DNA from: Dehalococcoidales bacterium | GTDB taxonomy: Bacteria > Chloroflexota > Dehalococcoidia > Dehalococcoidales > RBG-16-60-22 | Length of the DNA: 64,000 bases | Direction: 5' to 3' | Assembly: GCA_041652735.1 (NCBI GenBank) | Contig: JBAZGT010000009.1 | Location: 4,563 to 68,562, forward strand | Shown: in pieces, positions 10,473 through 20,123 of the stretch | Layout: every line of letters begins with the position of its first letter | Position numbering within the stretch: position 1 is the first letter of the stretch | Position numbers and translations under genes: made by a program | The notes under the pieces: generated by a model | Seen by the model: only the letters and a program-made list of their open reading frames with translations | What the model was told of the DNA's origin: nothing | Databases searched by the model: none

Positions 10473-11726
10473 TTATAAAACCTCCCGGGGATCGGTAATA
10501 AAGCCCTTGATAGCGGTGGCCGCGGCCGTGGCCGGGCTGGCTAAGTAAATAAAGCTCTTGGGGTTGCCCATGCGGCCTTCAAAGTTGCGGTTGGCGGTGG
10601 AGAGGCAGCTTTCGCCGTCGCCCAGCGCCCCCTGGTGCAGACCGAGGCAGGGGCCGCAGCCGGGCGGTAAAATAATAGCGCCGGACTCCACCAGCGTTTT
10701 GATATAGCCCTGCTGAATGGCCGCCAGCAGGACGGAACGGGAGGCCGGGGCAATAATCAGCCGGACAGTTTTAGCGGGTCTCTTGCCCTTTAAGATGCTT
10801 GTGGCGAGGGCCAGGTCTTCCAGCCGGCCGTTGGTGCAGGTGCCGATAACCACCTGCTGGATTTTCACGCCTTTCAAATCTTTAGCCAGGGCGGTATTGT
10901 CCACCGTGTGGGGCTTGGAAACAGTAGGCTCTAATTTACCGGCATCTATGGCTATCGTCTTTTCATATACAGCGGAGGGGTCGGCGGCGAGGGGCTTATA
11001 GTCTTTGCCCCGCCCCTGCGACTCCAGGAAGCGGCGGGTGGTCTCGTCCGAGGCGAAAAGCCCCACCTTGGCGCCGGCCTCCACGGCCATATTGGCGATA
11101 GTGAAGCGGCCGCTCATGCTCATTTTTTTAACGGTATCGCCGTGAAATTCCAGCGACTTGTAGGTAGCGCCGTCCGCGCCGATAAGCCCGATGAGGTGCA
11201 GAATCAGGTCCTTGGCGCCGACGCCCTTTTGAAAATCGCCGTTGACTTCAACCTTGAACGATTCCGGCACGCGTAACCAGTTCTTGCCCAGGCCCATGGC
11301 CACCGCCACGTCCGAGGAACCCATGCCGGTCCCGAAAGCGCCCAGGCCGCCGGCGGTCACGGTGTGGGAGTCCGCGCCGACCACCACGTCCCCCGGGCGG
11401 GCGTAGGCCTCCTGCACAATCTGGTGGCAGACGCCGTCCCCCGCTTCAGACAGGATGCAGCCGCTCTGCCGGGAAAAGTCCCGCAGGGTAATATGGTCGT
11501 TGGAGAGGTTGGCGTTGGGGGAGGGGGCGGCGTGGTCGATGAACAGCACCGTCCTATCAGCGTCCGCCAGCCGGCCCATGCCGCTGCTCTGGTAGAGACG
11601 CACGGTTAGCGGGCCGGTGGTATCCTGGACGAAAGCGAGGTCCACTTTAGCGATGACGATGTCCCCGGCTTTAGCGTCCGTGCCGCTCTTTTCACTTAAG
11701 ATTTTTTCCGCTAGTGTTTTGGGCAT
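10473..11726 (-). CDS. aconitase-superfamily dehydratase large subunit (LeuC/HacA type)
   Basis: 417 aa; VGADSHTVTAGGLGAFGTGMG, IGTCTNGR and the Fe-S ligand region PGCGPCLG. It abuts the small-subunit gene by 1 nt. Substrate (isopropylmalate, homoaconitate or aconitate) cannot be decided from the sequence. Confidence 0.88.
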   Translation of the reverse strand: MPKTLAEKILSEKSGTDAKAGDIVIAKVDLAFVQDTTGPLTVRLYQSSGMGRLADADRTVLFIDHAAPSPNANLSNDHITLRDFSRQSGCILSEAGDGVCHQIVQEAYARPGDVVVGADSHTVTAGGLGAFGTGMGSSDVAVAMGLGKNWLRVPESFKVEVNGDFQKGVGAKDLILHLIGLIGADGATYKSLEFHGDTVKKMSMSGRFTIANMAVEAGAKVGLFASDETTRRFLESQGRGKDYKPLAADPSAVYEKTIAIDAGKLEPTVSKPHTVDNTALAKDLKGVKIQQVVIGTCTNGRLEDLALATSILKGKRPAKTVRLIIAPASRSVLLAAIQQGYIKTLVESGAIILPPGCGPCLGLHQGALGDGESCLSTANRNFEGRMGNPKSFIYLASPATAAATAIKGFITDPREVL

Positions 11727-11797
11727 GTGTTAAAAACCCTCTCTAGCTCTCCCTTTATGAAAGGGAGAGGATATATTGTACTGACTCCTTTTCCTTT

Positions 11798-12035
11798 ACT
11801 GACCCCTTTTCCTCTTATCCCCGCCTGTGCTAAAGCTCCGGCGGACAAGCCTCTCCCCGCTGGCAGGGAGAGGGAGGATTCTAAAAACTCCCTATTATCC
11901 CTCTTTACGAAAGAGGGATGGTGATGTGTGGGGTACGCGGTGTTTCACCCACTTTACGGTTTATATTATACGTTAATTCCGGTCAAGGCTGAAATACCCG
12001 GATCCCGACCCCGTATCGCGGCCCCGATTCATTTC
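11798..12035 (+). repeat. 238-bp direct repeat, left copy (contains one element A plus CCCTCTTT-ACG-AAAGAGGG hairpin)
   Basis: Base-by-base comparison with 13258..13495 shows only 2 mismatches (11806, 11881). The offset is exactly 1460 bp. Confidence 0.95.
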
Positions 12036-12076
12036 ACCCTCAGGTTTCGCTCAGATAGGGAGGGGAATAGGGGGGA

Positions 12077-13030
12077 TTAGCTTAGTTTCTCCCGCATTTT
12101 TTCTACAAAAAAGTCGAACTCCGCTTTGCTTTCATAGGGGGGCGGGAATATTTTAGCGTAGTCTATGGATGTTCCGGCGTAGGGGTCGTCCAAATACCGG
12201 GGGAAAAGGTGGGCGTGGAGGTGGGGGAGGGTGTTGCCGTGAATTTCCATGTTAATTTTTGTGGCTCCGGTGACCTCCTTGAGCGCTTTGGAGACCTTCT
12301 GCACGTCCGTCATATAGCCGATAAAGTCCGGAAGGGGCATATCTTCCAGCGTAACGTAATGCTTTTTACACACGACCTCGCACTTGCCCCAGAGTCGGCC
12401 CTGGGCGGCGAGCTGTGATGCCTCGACCCGGGAATACTCCAACTCTTTTATTACCAGAGTATCCGGGGGACCTTTTTCACCGTAGGAACAGACCGGGCAT
12501 TTTTCCGCGTCCTGCCAGTCCAGGTAGGCGGCGTAGTGGTGGTGAAAGGAGGCGGGGCGGGGGATAGCGACGGGCGGGCGTTTCATCTGGATGGCCGGGA
12601 CGCCGTTCTCCACGATGGTATTATCATATTCGACGAAGCTGAACCGCTCGTAGAGGACGCGTTCCTGCCGGATGGTCGCCTCGTCCGATTTTAAAATATT
12701 GGCGGTTATTTCTGTAGTGTTATCCAGTTGGTTGAGAGCGATTTCCATGAGCTTGCCGCCGACTATCTGAAAATCCGCCCCCTTGGTCACCCCCAGAAAG
12801 GTTATGCGGCTGTTGTTCCCGGAGAAAGCGATTATCCCCAGGCAGCGGCCGGAGATGCGGTCCACCGCGATGAAGGCCTCGCGCTGCTCTATCTTGGCCG
12901 CCATATAGTCGTCAAAGCCCTCATAGAACTTATCGATGTCCGGGATAAGCTCGCCGACTATATCGTCGGCTTCATAAGCCAGGGCCAGCCAGGCCGGAAT
13001 ATCGTCGGTGGTTACCGCTCTAATTAGCAT
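12077..13030 (-). CDS. GNAT acetyltransferase - HIT hydrolase fusion protein
   Basis: The N-terminal ~150 aa are GNAT-like (IAVDRISGRCLGIIAF...GGKLMEIAL). The C-terminal half has a CPVC zinc motif and histidine triad HLHAHLFPRY. Confidence 0.7.
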   Translation of the reverse strand: MLIRAVTTDDIPAWLALAYEADDIVGELIPDIDKFYEGFDDYMAAKIEQREAFIAVDRISGRCLGIIAFSGNNSRITFLGVTKGADFQIVGGKLMEIALNQLDNTTEITANILKSDEATIRQERVLYERFSFVEYDNTIVENGVPAIQMKRPPVAIPRPASFHHHYAAYLDWQDAEKCPVCSYGEKGPPDTLVIKELEYSRVEASQLAAQGRLWGKCEVVCKKHYVTLEDMPLPDFIGYMTDVQKVSKALKEVTGATKINMEIHGNTLPHLHAHLFPRYLDDPYAGTSIDYAKIFPPPYESKAEFDFFVEKMREKLS

Positions 13031-13240
13031 CTATCTGCCTCTGATATACCGCATGACCGCCTTGCGGTGGTAGATGATGTGCCGCAGGCAGGCCACGGTA
13101 AAAATTACCGCCGCGATGATGTGTATTTCCATGGGGTCGCTGTCATGGGTGGCGATGGCCGAGACAACCAGCGCCACGCCGGAAATCATCATGACCCAGA
13201 TATTTACGCGGTTGGCGATTTCTTTACGGTTAACGGTCAT
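13031..13240 (-). CDS. small membrane protein (69 aa, 2 TM)
   Basis: Its stop abuts the start of the GNAT-HIT gene. Hydrophobic helices: IWVMMISGVALVVSAIA and IIAAVIFTVACL. Confidence 0.45.
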   Translation of the reverse strand: MTVNRKEIANRVNIWVMMISGVALVVSAIATHDSDPMEIHIIAAVIFTVACLRHIIYHRKAVMRYIRGR

Positions 13241-13257
13241 TTTACGCTCACCTTTAA

Positions 13258-13495
13258 ACTGACCCTTTTTCCTCTTATCCCCGCCTGTGCTAAAGCTCCG
13301 GCGGACAAGCCTCTCCCCGCTGGCAGGGAGAGGGAGGATTTTAAAAACTCCCTATTATCCCTCTTTACGAAAGAGGGATGGTGATGTGTGGGGTACGCGG
13401 TGTTTCACCCACTTTACGGTTTATATTATACGTTAATTCCGGTCAAGGCTGAAATACCCGGATCCCGACCCCGTATCGCGGCCCCGATTCATTTC
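13258..13495 (+). repeat. 238-bp direct repeat, right copy
   Basis: See 11798..12035. Confidence 0.95.
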
Positions 13496-13614
13496 TTCAT
13501 ACGGGATGGCGACAAAGTCGCTCATACGGGGCAAGCTTGCGTAGGGATGATTTACATTTGGTACTCTGTTTTAAATATTTATTGTTACTTGCCCCTGGCT
13601 ACCTGTTACTTACC

Positions 13615-15159
13615 CTACATGGGTATATTGCCGTGCTTGCGGGCGGGGCGGGTCTCTTTTTTATTCCGTAAAGCCTCTAAAGCGGCGATGATGCGGGGTC
13701 GGGTTTCTGCCGGCGGTATGACGGCGTTGATGTAGCCCATTTTGGCGGCCACGTAGGGATTATAGAGCAGGTCGCGGTACTCTTCGACTTTTGCCTGCTT
13801 GGCCGCAGCCGGGTCGGCCGCCGCCTGGATTTCCTTGTTGAAAATGATGTCCGAGGCCGCTTCCGCTCCCATGACCGCTATCTCCGCCTGCGGCCAGGCC
13901 AGGGTGTAGTCCGCCCCCAGCCCCTGGCTGCACATGGCGATGTAAGCACCGCCGTAAGCCTTGCGGGTGATGAGGGTTATCTTGGGCACGGTGGCTTCAG
14001 CGTAGCACCAGAGCAGCTTGGCGCCGTGCCGGATGATGCCGCCCCACTCCTGGTGGCTGCCGGGCAGAAAGCCGGGCACGTCCGCAATGGTGAGCAGGGG
14101 GATATTAAAGGCATCACAGAAGCGGATAAAGCGGGTGGCTTTATCGGACGCGTTGATATCCAGACAGCCGGCTAAATAGCTGGGCTGGTTGGCGATGATG
14201 CCCACCACCTGCCCGTTCATCCGGGCGAAGGCGGTAATCATGTTCATGGCGTACTGGCGGGAAGGCTCCATAAATTCCCCGTTATCCACGATAGCCTTGA
14301 TAATGTCCTTCATGTTATAGGTCTTGTTGGAGTTAGGGGGGAGGATATCGTTTAAAGACGCATCGGCGCGGGTGGGGGAATCGGTGGCGACCGCGCAAGG
14401 CGGCTGTTCCCCGTTGGAGGAAGGGAGATAGCCCAAGAGCTTCTTGATTTCCTCGACGGCCTGTTGGTCATTATCGCAGGCGAACTGGGTGACGCCGCTC
14501 CTGGTCATGTGGGTCACCGCCCCGCCCAGCTCCTCGTTGCCGATTTCCTCCCCGGTAACGCTCTTGACCACCGCCGGGCCGGTGATGAACATATAGCTGG
14601 TCTTTTTCACCATAAAGACGAAGTCCGTCATGGCCGGGGAATAGACCGCGCCCCCCGCCGCCGGGCCCATGATGGCGGATATCTGCGGGATGACGCCGGA
14701 AGCGCCGGAGTTGCGGTAAAAGATATTGCTGTAGCCGTCCAGGGCGTTAATACCCTCCTGGATGCGGGCGCCGCCGCTATCGATAAACCCGACCATCGGG
14801 GCTTTGATTTTCATGGCCGTATCCATGATGCGGCAAATCTTCTTGGCGTGCATCTCCCCCAGGGTGCCGCCGCGGGCGGTGAAGTCCTGGGCGAAGGCGC
14901 AGACGGTGCGCCCGTTCACCTTACCGAAGCCGGTGATAACGCCGTCCGCCGGTATGGCTACCTTGTCCAGCCCGAAGTTGACGGAGCGGTGCTGCACGAA
15001 AAGGTCCATCTCCTGGAAGGTGCCCGCGTCAAAGAAAAGGTCCAGTCTTTCCCGGGCGGTGAGCTTGCCGGAGTCATGCTGTTTCTGGACGCTTTTTTCC
15101 CCGCCCCCCGCCTTAAGTTCACCGGTAAGCTTTACCAGCTTTTCATTTTCCTGTCTCAA
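13615..15159 (-). CDS. acyl-CoA carboxylase carboxyltransferase subunit (propionyl-CoA carboxylase beta / methylmalonyl-CoA decarboxylase alpha family)
   Basis: 514 aa; FDAGTFQE, AQDFTARGGTLGE, and a C-terminal half with ANQPSYLAGCLD...KAYGGAYIAM. No biotin carboxylase or BCCP gene is present in the window. Confidence 0.9.
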   Translation of the reverse strand: MRQENEKLVKLTGELKAGGGEKSVQKQHDSGKLTARERLDLFFDAGTFQEMDLFVQHRSVNFGLDKVAIPADGVITGFGKVNGRTVCAFAQDFTARGGTLGEMHAKKICRIMDTAMKIKAPMVGFIDSGGARIQEGINALDGYSNIFYRNSGASGVIPQISAIMGPAAGGAVYSPAMTDFVFMVKKTSYMFITGPAVVKSVTGEEIGNEELGGAVTHMTRSGVTQFACDNDQQAVEEIKKLLGYLPSSNGEQPPCAVATDSPTRADASLNDILPPNSNKTYNMKDIIKAIVDNGEFMEPSRQYAMNMITAFARMNGQVVGIIANQPSYLAGCLDINASDKATRFIRFCDAFNIPLLTIADVPGFLPGSHQEWGGIIRHGAKLLWCYAEATVPKITLITRKAYGGAYIAMCSQGLGADYTLAWPQAEIAVMGAEAASDIIFNKEIQAAADPAAAKQAKVEEYRDLLYNPYVAAKMGYINAVIPPAETRPRIIAALEALRNKKETRPARKHGNIPM

Positions 15160-15610
15160 GTTGATATCACCTCAACAATGCGGTTAAAAACAAGTAAATG
15201 ATAACATAAGGTGTGTGAAGGGGCAACATGGGGACAAGACCGGGCGGATACTCAGGCGGAAATAGAGACTGCCACGTCACTTTGGTTCGACAAGCTCACC
15301 ACGGGCGTTCCTCGCAATGACAGTAGGGCGGAGAGGGAGGGGCACGAACCTCTCCCTCTGTTTCTCCCTCTCCGTTGACAGAGAGGGAGAGGATTAATTA
15401 TTAAGACCTGCGCTGCTGGCTAAAGCTTATTTACCCCTCACCTGACCTCTCCCACAAGGGGAGAGGAAAGTGTGGATTCCGGCCCCCGATTGTCATACGG
15501 GGCAAGGCTGCGCGGGAATGACAGTATAGCGTTTTGACCTTTAGGTTATGGTTTTGTGCCGATTCCTCATCTCATACGGCATCCCGCATGCAATCGGGAA
15601 GTTTAGATTT

Positions 15611-15700
15611 TTACCTTCCCCCGTAGCGCTCCTCCGTCCAGGGGTCGCCGTTGATAAAAATCCTCCTCTCATCAAAAAAGTCGGATAGCGGCGAAAGAGA
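15611..15700 (-). pseudogene. internally deleted remnant of a sulfite-oxidase-like Moco oxidoreductase gene (paralog of 30402..31004)
   Basis: TTACCTTCCCCCGTAGCGCTCCTCCGTCCAGGGGTCGCCGT matches 30402..30442 at about 36 of 41 positions. CATCAAAAAAGTCGGATAGCGGC matches 30617..30642. The roughly 200 bp in between are missing. Confidence 0.55.
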
Positions 15701-15742
15701 TTGAGAGCGGTAATCCAGTGCCGGTTAACCGCCCCGGTTTGT

Positions 15743-16003
15743 TTATAATGAGCTTTTATTTTTCAGCGGCTTCAGGAGATATTCCAGTCCATTAATTTTT
15801 ATTTCATATATTGCGGCCAATTGCGCCAGGCGGTCGCGCACCCGGGTGATTACTACTTCGTCCAGAGAGCCGGTCTGTTCCTTCCGGTAGCGGGCAATAA
15901 AAGGAACGGTGGCGCCTTCGGCCATAAGCGACTCGATAGAACGTATTTGCCAGAGCTTGACCCCCAGTTCATCAGCGACCCGCGCAGTATTTAGTCCGGT
16001 CAT
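15743..16003 (-). pseudogene. N-terminal fragment of Tex (transcription accessory protein)
   Basis: ARVADELGVKLWQIRSIESLMAEGATVPFIARYRKEQTGSLDEVVITRVRDRL is the conserved Tex N-terminus. The ORF stops after 86 aa, whereas Tex proteins are about 700 aa. Confidence 0.6.
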
Positions 16004-16228
16004 AAATCTTTAGCTTCTTCTCATAAATTGATTATTTACCAACTTCCCCCTATCATTGAAGCATTATCCAAGAGTAATATTCAAGCGATGTAACCGGCGC
16101 AAGGGTATTTATTCCCCGGGAGGCTTTGCGGGTGCAGGCAGTTCTGGGGAAGACCGCCGGTATAAAGTAAAGTGTTAGTGGATTCGAGAATTATTTTACT
16201 GTTGGTTATCATCACCGGCTGGCTGCCG

Positions 16229-16993
16229 TCAGGGGCGCAGGAAATAGCCAAAGCCGCGGGCGGTCAACAGGTGCTGCGGATTCACCGGGTCGGTTTCTAT
16301 CTTCTGGCGCAGTGACCATATGTGGGTATCGATAGTTCTTTCGTTGCCTTCATAGTTGAATCCCCATAGCCCTTGCACGATATCGTTCCTCTGGAATATT
16401 TTCCCGGCGTTTTTCGCCAGTAATGAAAGTATGGCGGATTCTCTCGGTGTAATGGGCACTACGCTGCCGTCCTGGCGTTTTAGCTGCTTGTTGGCGGTGT
16501 CAAGCTGATATTGCCCGATTTTTATCTTGACCGGCTCATCCGGATTTTTCACGGGTGCGGCGTGGCTGGAACGCCGGAGGTGATTCCAGATGCGGGCTAA
16601 TAATTCCCGACTGTAAAAAGGCTTGGCGATAAAATCATCCGCCCCGAGTTTGAAACAGGCAATCTTGTCATCTTCAGCGGTGTCGGTGGAAATGATGATA
16701 ATGGGAATATATGATTTTTTACGCATCATTTTGCAGATTGAATGTCCGTGAATATCCGGAAGCTGGATGTCCATAATTACAGCATCGGGATAACAGGCAT
16801 CGAACAGCATTAGTCCGTCTTTACCGTTTAAAGCGGGAATTACCTTAAAGTATTCCTCGGCCAGCGTCATCTTTATCTGTGACAGTGAAGGCTCGTCGCC
16901 GTCGATACAGAGTATTTTCTTCCGCTCTATGGTCGCGCTCATACGCTTAAGACCATCCGGTCCCCGCTGTAGCTGTCCGGTGCTTCGTGCCAT
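16229..16993 (-). CDS. OmpR/PhoB-family response regulator (last gene of the pst unit)
   Basis: Receiver domain (ILCIDGDE...VIMDIQLPD...) plus a winged-helix region (LTPRESAILSLLAKNAG...IDTHIWSLRQKIE). The start may be the internal M (MSATIERKK, 16942). There is no sensor kinase gene in the window. Confidence 0.85.
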   Translation of the reverse strand: MARSTGQLQRGPDGLKRMSATIERKKILCIDGDEPSLSQIKMTLAEEYFKVIPALNGKDGLMLFDACYPDAVIMDIQLPDIHGHSICKMMRKKSYIPIIIISTDTAEDDKIACFKLGADDFIAKPFYSRELLARIWNHLRRSSHAAPVKNPDEPVKIKIGQYQLDTANKQLKRQDGSVVPITPRESAILSLLAKNAGKIFQRNDIVQGLWGFNYEGNERTIDTHIWSLRQKIETDPVNPQHLLTARGFGYFLRP

Positions 16994-17007
16994 GAATTCA
17001 TTTTTCT

Positions 17008-17769
17008 TTATTCTCCAAGAATCCAGTTGCGCCTGTTTTTCAGATATTCTTTTGTTTCCGGCTGTTGCGGGTTTTTAAAAACCTGTTTCGTTTCTCCGTA
17101 CTCGACCACCCTGCCGTCGGCCATAAAGACCAGAAAGTCGGAGATATTCAGGGCGTCGCTCATATTATGCGTGACCAGTACCTGCGTGTACTCGGTTTTC
17201 ATCTTTAAAATAGTGGACTCCAGCTGGGCGGTGGACACGGGGTCCAGGGAAGAAGAGGGTTCATCGAGCAGTATTACTTCAGGCGAAACGGACAGGGTAC
17301 GCGCGATGCACAAACGCTGCTGTTGCCCCAGTGAAAGCTCCAGCGCGCTGTCTTTAAGCCTTCCGCACAGTTCGTCCCACAGGGCGGCTTTCATCAGGCT
17401 GCTTTTCACGATTTCCTTGTGGTCGTATTTCCGGTTTCTGTCCGCTTTAAGGCCGTATACAACGTTGGACTGGATAGACATTGGAAACGGGTTCGGTCTC
17501 TGAAAAACCATCCCCACCCGCCGCCGCAGCAGAATAGGGTCAATCTGACGGATATCCATGCCGTCCAGCAGGATACTGCCCTTCACTTTACAGGAATTAC
17601 TCATCTCATTGAGGCGGTTTAGACAGCGCAATAAGGTGGTCTTGCCGCAACCGGATGGGCCGATGATGGCGGTAACCGCGCCCTTTTCTATATTAAGGTT
17701 GATGCCCTTGATTACGGCGGTGCCGCCATAATACACGTAAAGGTCCTTAATCGTTATACAAGCGGTCAT
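17008..17769 (-). CDS. pstB: phosphate ABC transporter ATP-binding protein
   Basis: Walker A GPSGCGKTT, LSLGQQQRLCIAR signature, Walker B ILLDEPSSSLD, and a PstB-typical length of 253 aa. Confidence 0.93.
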   Translation of the reverse strand: MTACITIKDLYVYYGGTAVIKGINLNIEKGAVTAIIGPSGCGKTTLLRCLNRLNEMSNSCKVKGSILLDGMDIRQIDPILLRRRVGMVFQRPNPFPMSIQSNVVYGLKADRNRKYDHKEIVKSSLMKAALWDELCGRLKDSALELSLGQQQRLCIARTLSVSPEVILLDEPSSSLDPVSTAQLESTILKMKTEYTQVLVTHNMSDALNISDFLVFMADGRVVEYGETKQVFKNPQQPETKEYLKNRRNWILGE

Positions 17770-17823
17770 ATTATACCTTCCCGGTTTTACTCTTATAGCT
17801 TCATCAGGGCATCCGCCATCACG

Positions 17824-19179
17824 CTACGCCTGATACCTTTTGGAGTAAGCGCGTTTAAGTATCAGCGAAGCCACGCCGAAGCTGAGGGTAATGATTATCA
17901 GCAACAAAGCCGCTGAATATTCGTAGCCCACCATCGTATCACGGAAAGACTTGGGCCCGCCGAAGTTTACATTGAAAATCAAATGGGAAAGTGATATTAC
18001 TTCAGAAAAAGGCCCGACCCCCGCTTCCCCGGTTGTAGCCATGAAGATCAATATAGATACGCTTCCGGCAGCCTCAGCGCATCCCAGCAGCCATCCCGTA
18101 ATGATGTTGGGCATACTCCACGGTAATAAGATATGAGTAAAAGTGTATCCCTGGGAAGCTCCCATCGCCAGCGAGCCTTCCTTCAGATGCAGCGGCACGG
18201 AGCGCAGGCCTTCTTCCGTGGCGCTGGCTATTAGCGGGATGACCAGCATGGATAGAAATATGGCCGAAAGGATAAACGACCCGTGGGCGATATGCTCGTA
18301 GCCGTTGGCATCCCGGTAATAGCCGGTAATAAATTTGGCGAGGGGGAAATCGTAATTATTCTCGGCCACTCTCACCAGGCTGTAAGCCGTGATGCCCAGA
18401 ATAAAAACAGAAACACCGCGCAGCGCCGTGGTACAAAAGCGTATTATCCCGGCGCTTTTTCCGGCATACTCGCTGATAAAGGCGCCGGTCCCGATACCCA
18501 CCGGGAGAGAAATTATGGACACCAGTATTATCAGCAATAATGTACCCAGGATATGGTTGCTCATCCCGACCTGCTTGCTGGCCTGGTCGTATGAGCTGGT
18601 GATAACCTGCCAATCAAGCTGCGGAACGCCTTCTATCATTAACCGGATTAACACCAGCAGATAACAAATGAGAACGATTAATACCGGGAAGACAATCACC
18701 GGGTATCTCGCTAAATCTTTCGCGCTTGGCGTCGCTCCCTTCAGAAAGAACAGCGCGTAGCTGAAAACAGGCAGCGCTGAAGCTAAAATAAAAACGGCGG
18801 AAACCACCGAACGATTTATGACGGCCTGACCGAGATTATAGTTTCCCACGCCCACCCCGCCCATGTTGAATGTCTCCGGTATCAGGCTGATGATAACGGG
18901 ATATATCACCGCTAAACCCGTTAAGAACATCATCTTTTTTGATATAGTATTTCTGATAATCCGGCTGGTAAACATTAACAGCAGATTGGCTGACGCCAGG
19001 ATTATCAGCAGCGGAATAGTGTACATATCAATTGTGTTTAGACTGATTGACAGGAAACCTATAACCAGGGCGGCTGAAGACACCAGCAAAACCATGCCGG
19101 GGATGATTTTATGCCATAACCCGTTCATTCCGTTTTTAAAATGCGGAGCCGTGGCGGTTGGGGATATTGTCGTGCTCAC
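17824..19179 (-). CDS. pstA: phosphate ABC transporter permease PstA (long form with N-terminal extra TM helices)
   Basis: 451 aa, polytopic. It carries an EAA-like loop (ATEEGLRSVPLHLKEGSLAMGAS). It overlaps pstC by 4 nt. Confidence 0.85.
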   Translation of the reverse strand: MSTTISPTATAPHFKNGMNGLWHKIIPGMVLLVSSAALVIGFLSISLNTIDMYTIPLLIILASANLLLMFTSRIIRNTISKKMMFLTGLAVIYPVIISLIPETFNMGGVGVGNYNLGQAVINRSVVSAVFILASALPVFSYALFFLKGATPSAKDLARYPVIVFPVLIVLICYLLVLIRLMIEGVPQLDWQVITSSYDQASKQVGMSNHILGTLLLIILVSIISLPVGIGTGAFISEYAGKSAGIIRFCTTALRGVSVFILGITAYSLVRVAENNYDFPLAKFITGYYRDANGYEHIAHGSFILSAIFLSMLVIPLIASATEEGLRSVPLHLKEGSLAMGASQGYTFTHILLPWSMPNIITGWLLGCAEAAGSVSILIFMATTGEAGVGPFSEVISLSHLIFNVNFGGPKSFRDTMVGYEYSAALLLIIITLSFGVASLILKRAYSKRYQA

Positions 19180-20117
19180 TTGATTGAAACCTTTTTAAGT
19201 CTTGAAGTTATTATCGTCAGCAGTATCATGATGCCGAAGGCTATTATCAGCAGAAAAAGCGCCGTAAGATAAGCGACCGCGCAGTCATAACCTTCACATG
19301 ACCCGCGTACCTGGAAACCGCCCGCCAGGTTGGCGGCGCTGGATGTCAGGGTGGGTGTTGATTCCAGGATGTCCCATAACGGATTGGTCATGTCCGGCGC
19401 GGCCGCCGGTCTTTCATAGCCGATGGCGAAGGTGACGATAATCAGGTCGCCGATTGCTTTTAAAGACCCCAGGCTTATGGCGGAAATAATGCCCGCCATT
19501 GAATTAGGAAGAGTAATGTGCCATAAGGTATGCCACCGGGACATACCCAGGGCCAGGGAGCCTTCTTTAAGCTCACGGGGGACGTTCTTTATCGCGTCAT
19601 CGATCAGCGGCGCCATAAATGGAATAATCATCAATGCCACCATGAGGCCGCCGAGGAGGGTGTTGTTATTGAGCGAGAACTTGGGCTTCATAATCAGCTC
19701 CACGAATACCACCATCAGCAGGGCGTACACTATCGGCGGTATTCCGGATAGCAGCGTGAGCGCGTTCCGTATGGAGCGGCTGACAACACCGAGGCGGAAC
19801 TCGGATGATATTACGGCCAGCGCCAGGGAAGCCGGCAGGGCGATCCCCAGGGCAAGTATTACCACCATGACCGTGCCCCAGATAGCCGGCAGCATGCCGT
19901 AGACATGAGTGGAAGCGGTGAATTTTCCCACGAACTCCGTGGAGAATATTTCTCCTATCCCGATACCTTTGATGGCCGGCATACTCTGCCAAACCGTCAG
20001 GCTGATAACCGCCAGCAGCATCAGGACGGGTACCGCGGTCAGCAGAAAAGAGATGCCTTTGGGCCAGGACCTCATCCAGGGCCTGGTCTCGCCGAATATG
20101 GAGTTCAGGTGAGGCAT
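19176..20117 (-). CDS. pstC: phosphate ABC transporter permease PstC
   Basis: 313 aa, 6 TM, EAA loop DDAIKNVPRELKEGSLALGMSRW. It starts 6 nt after the preceding cohesin-anchor gene. Confidence 0.85.
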   Translation of the reverse strand: MPHLNSIFGETRPWMRSWPKGISFLLTAVPVLMLLAVISLTVWQSMPAIKGIGIGEIFSTEFVGKFTASTHVYGMLPAIWGTVMVVILALGIALPASLALAVISSEFRLGVVSRSIRNALTLLSGIPPIVYALLMVVFVELIMKPKFSLNNNTLLGGLMVALMIIPFMAPLIDDAIKNVPRELKEGSLALGMSRWHTLWHITLPNSMAGIISAISLGSLKAIGDLIIVTFAIGYERPAAAPDMTNPLWDILESTPTLTSSAANLAGGFQVRGSCEGYDCAVAYLTALFLLIIAFGIMILLTIITSRLKKVSIK

Positions 20118-20123
20118 GCCGTC

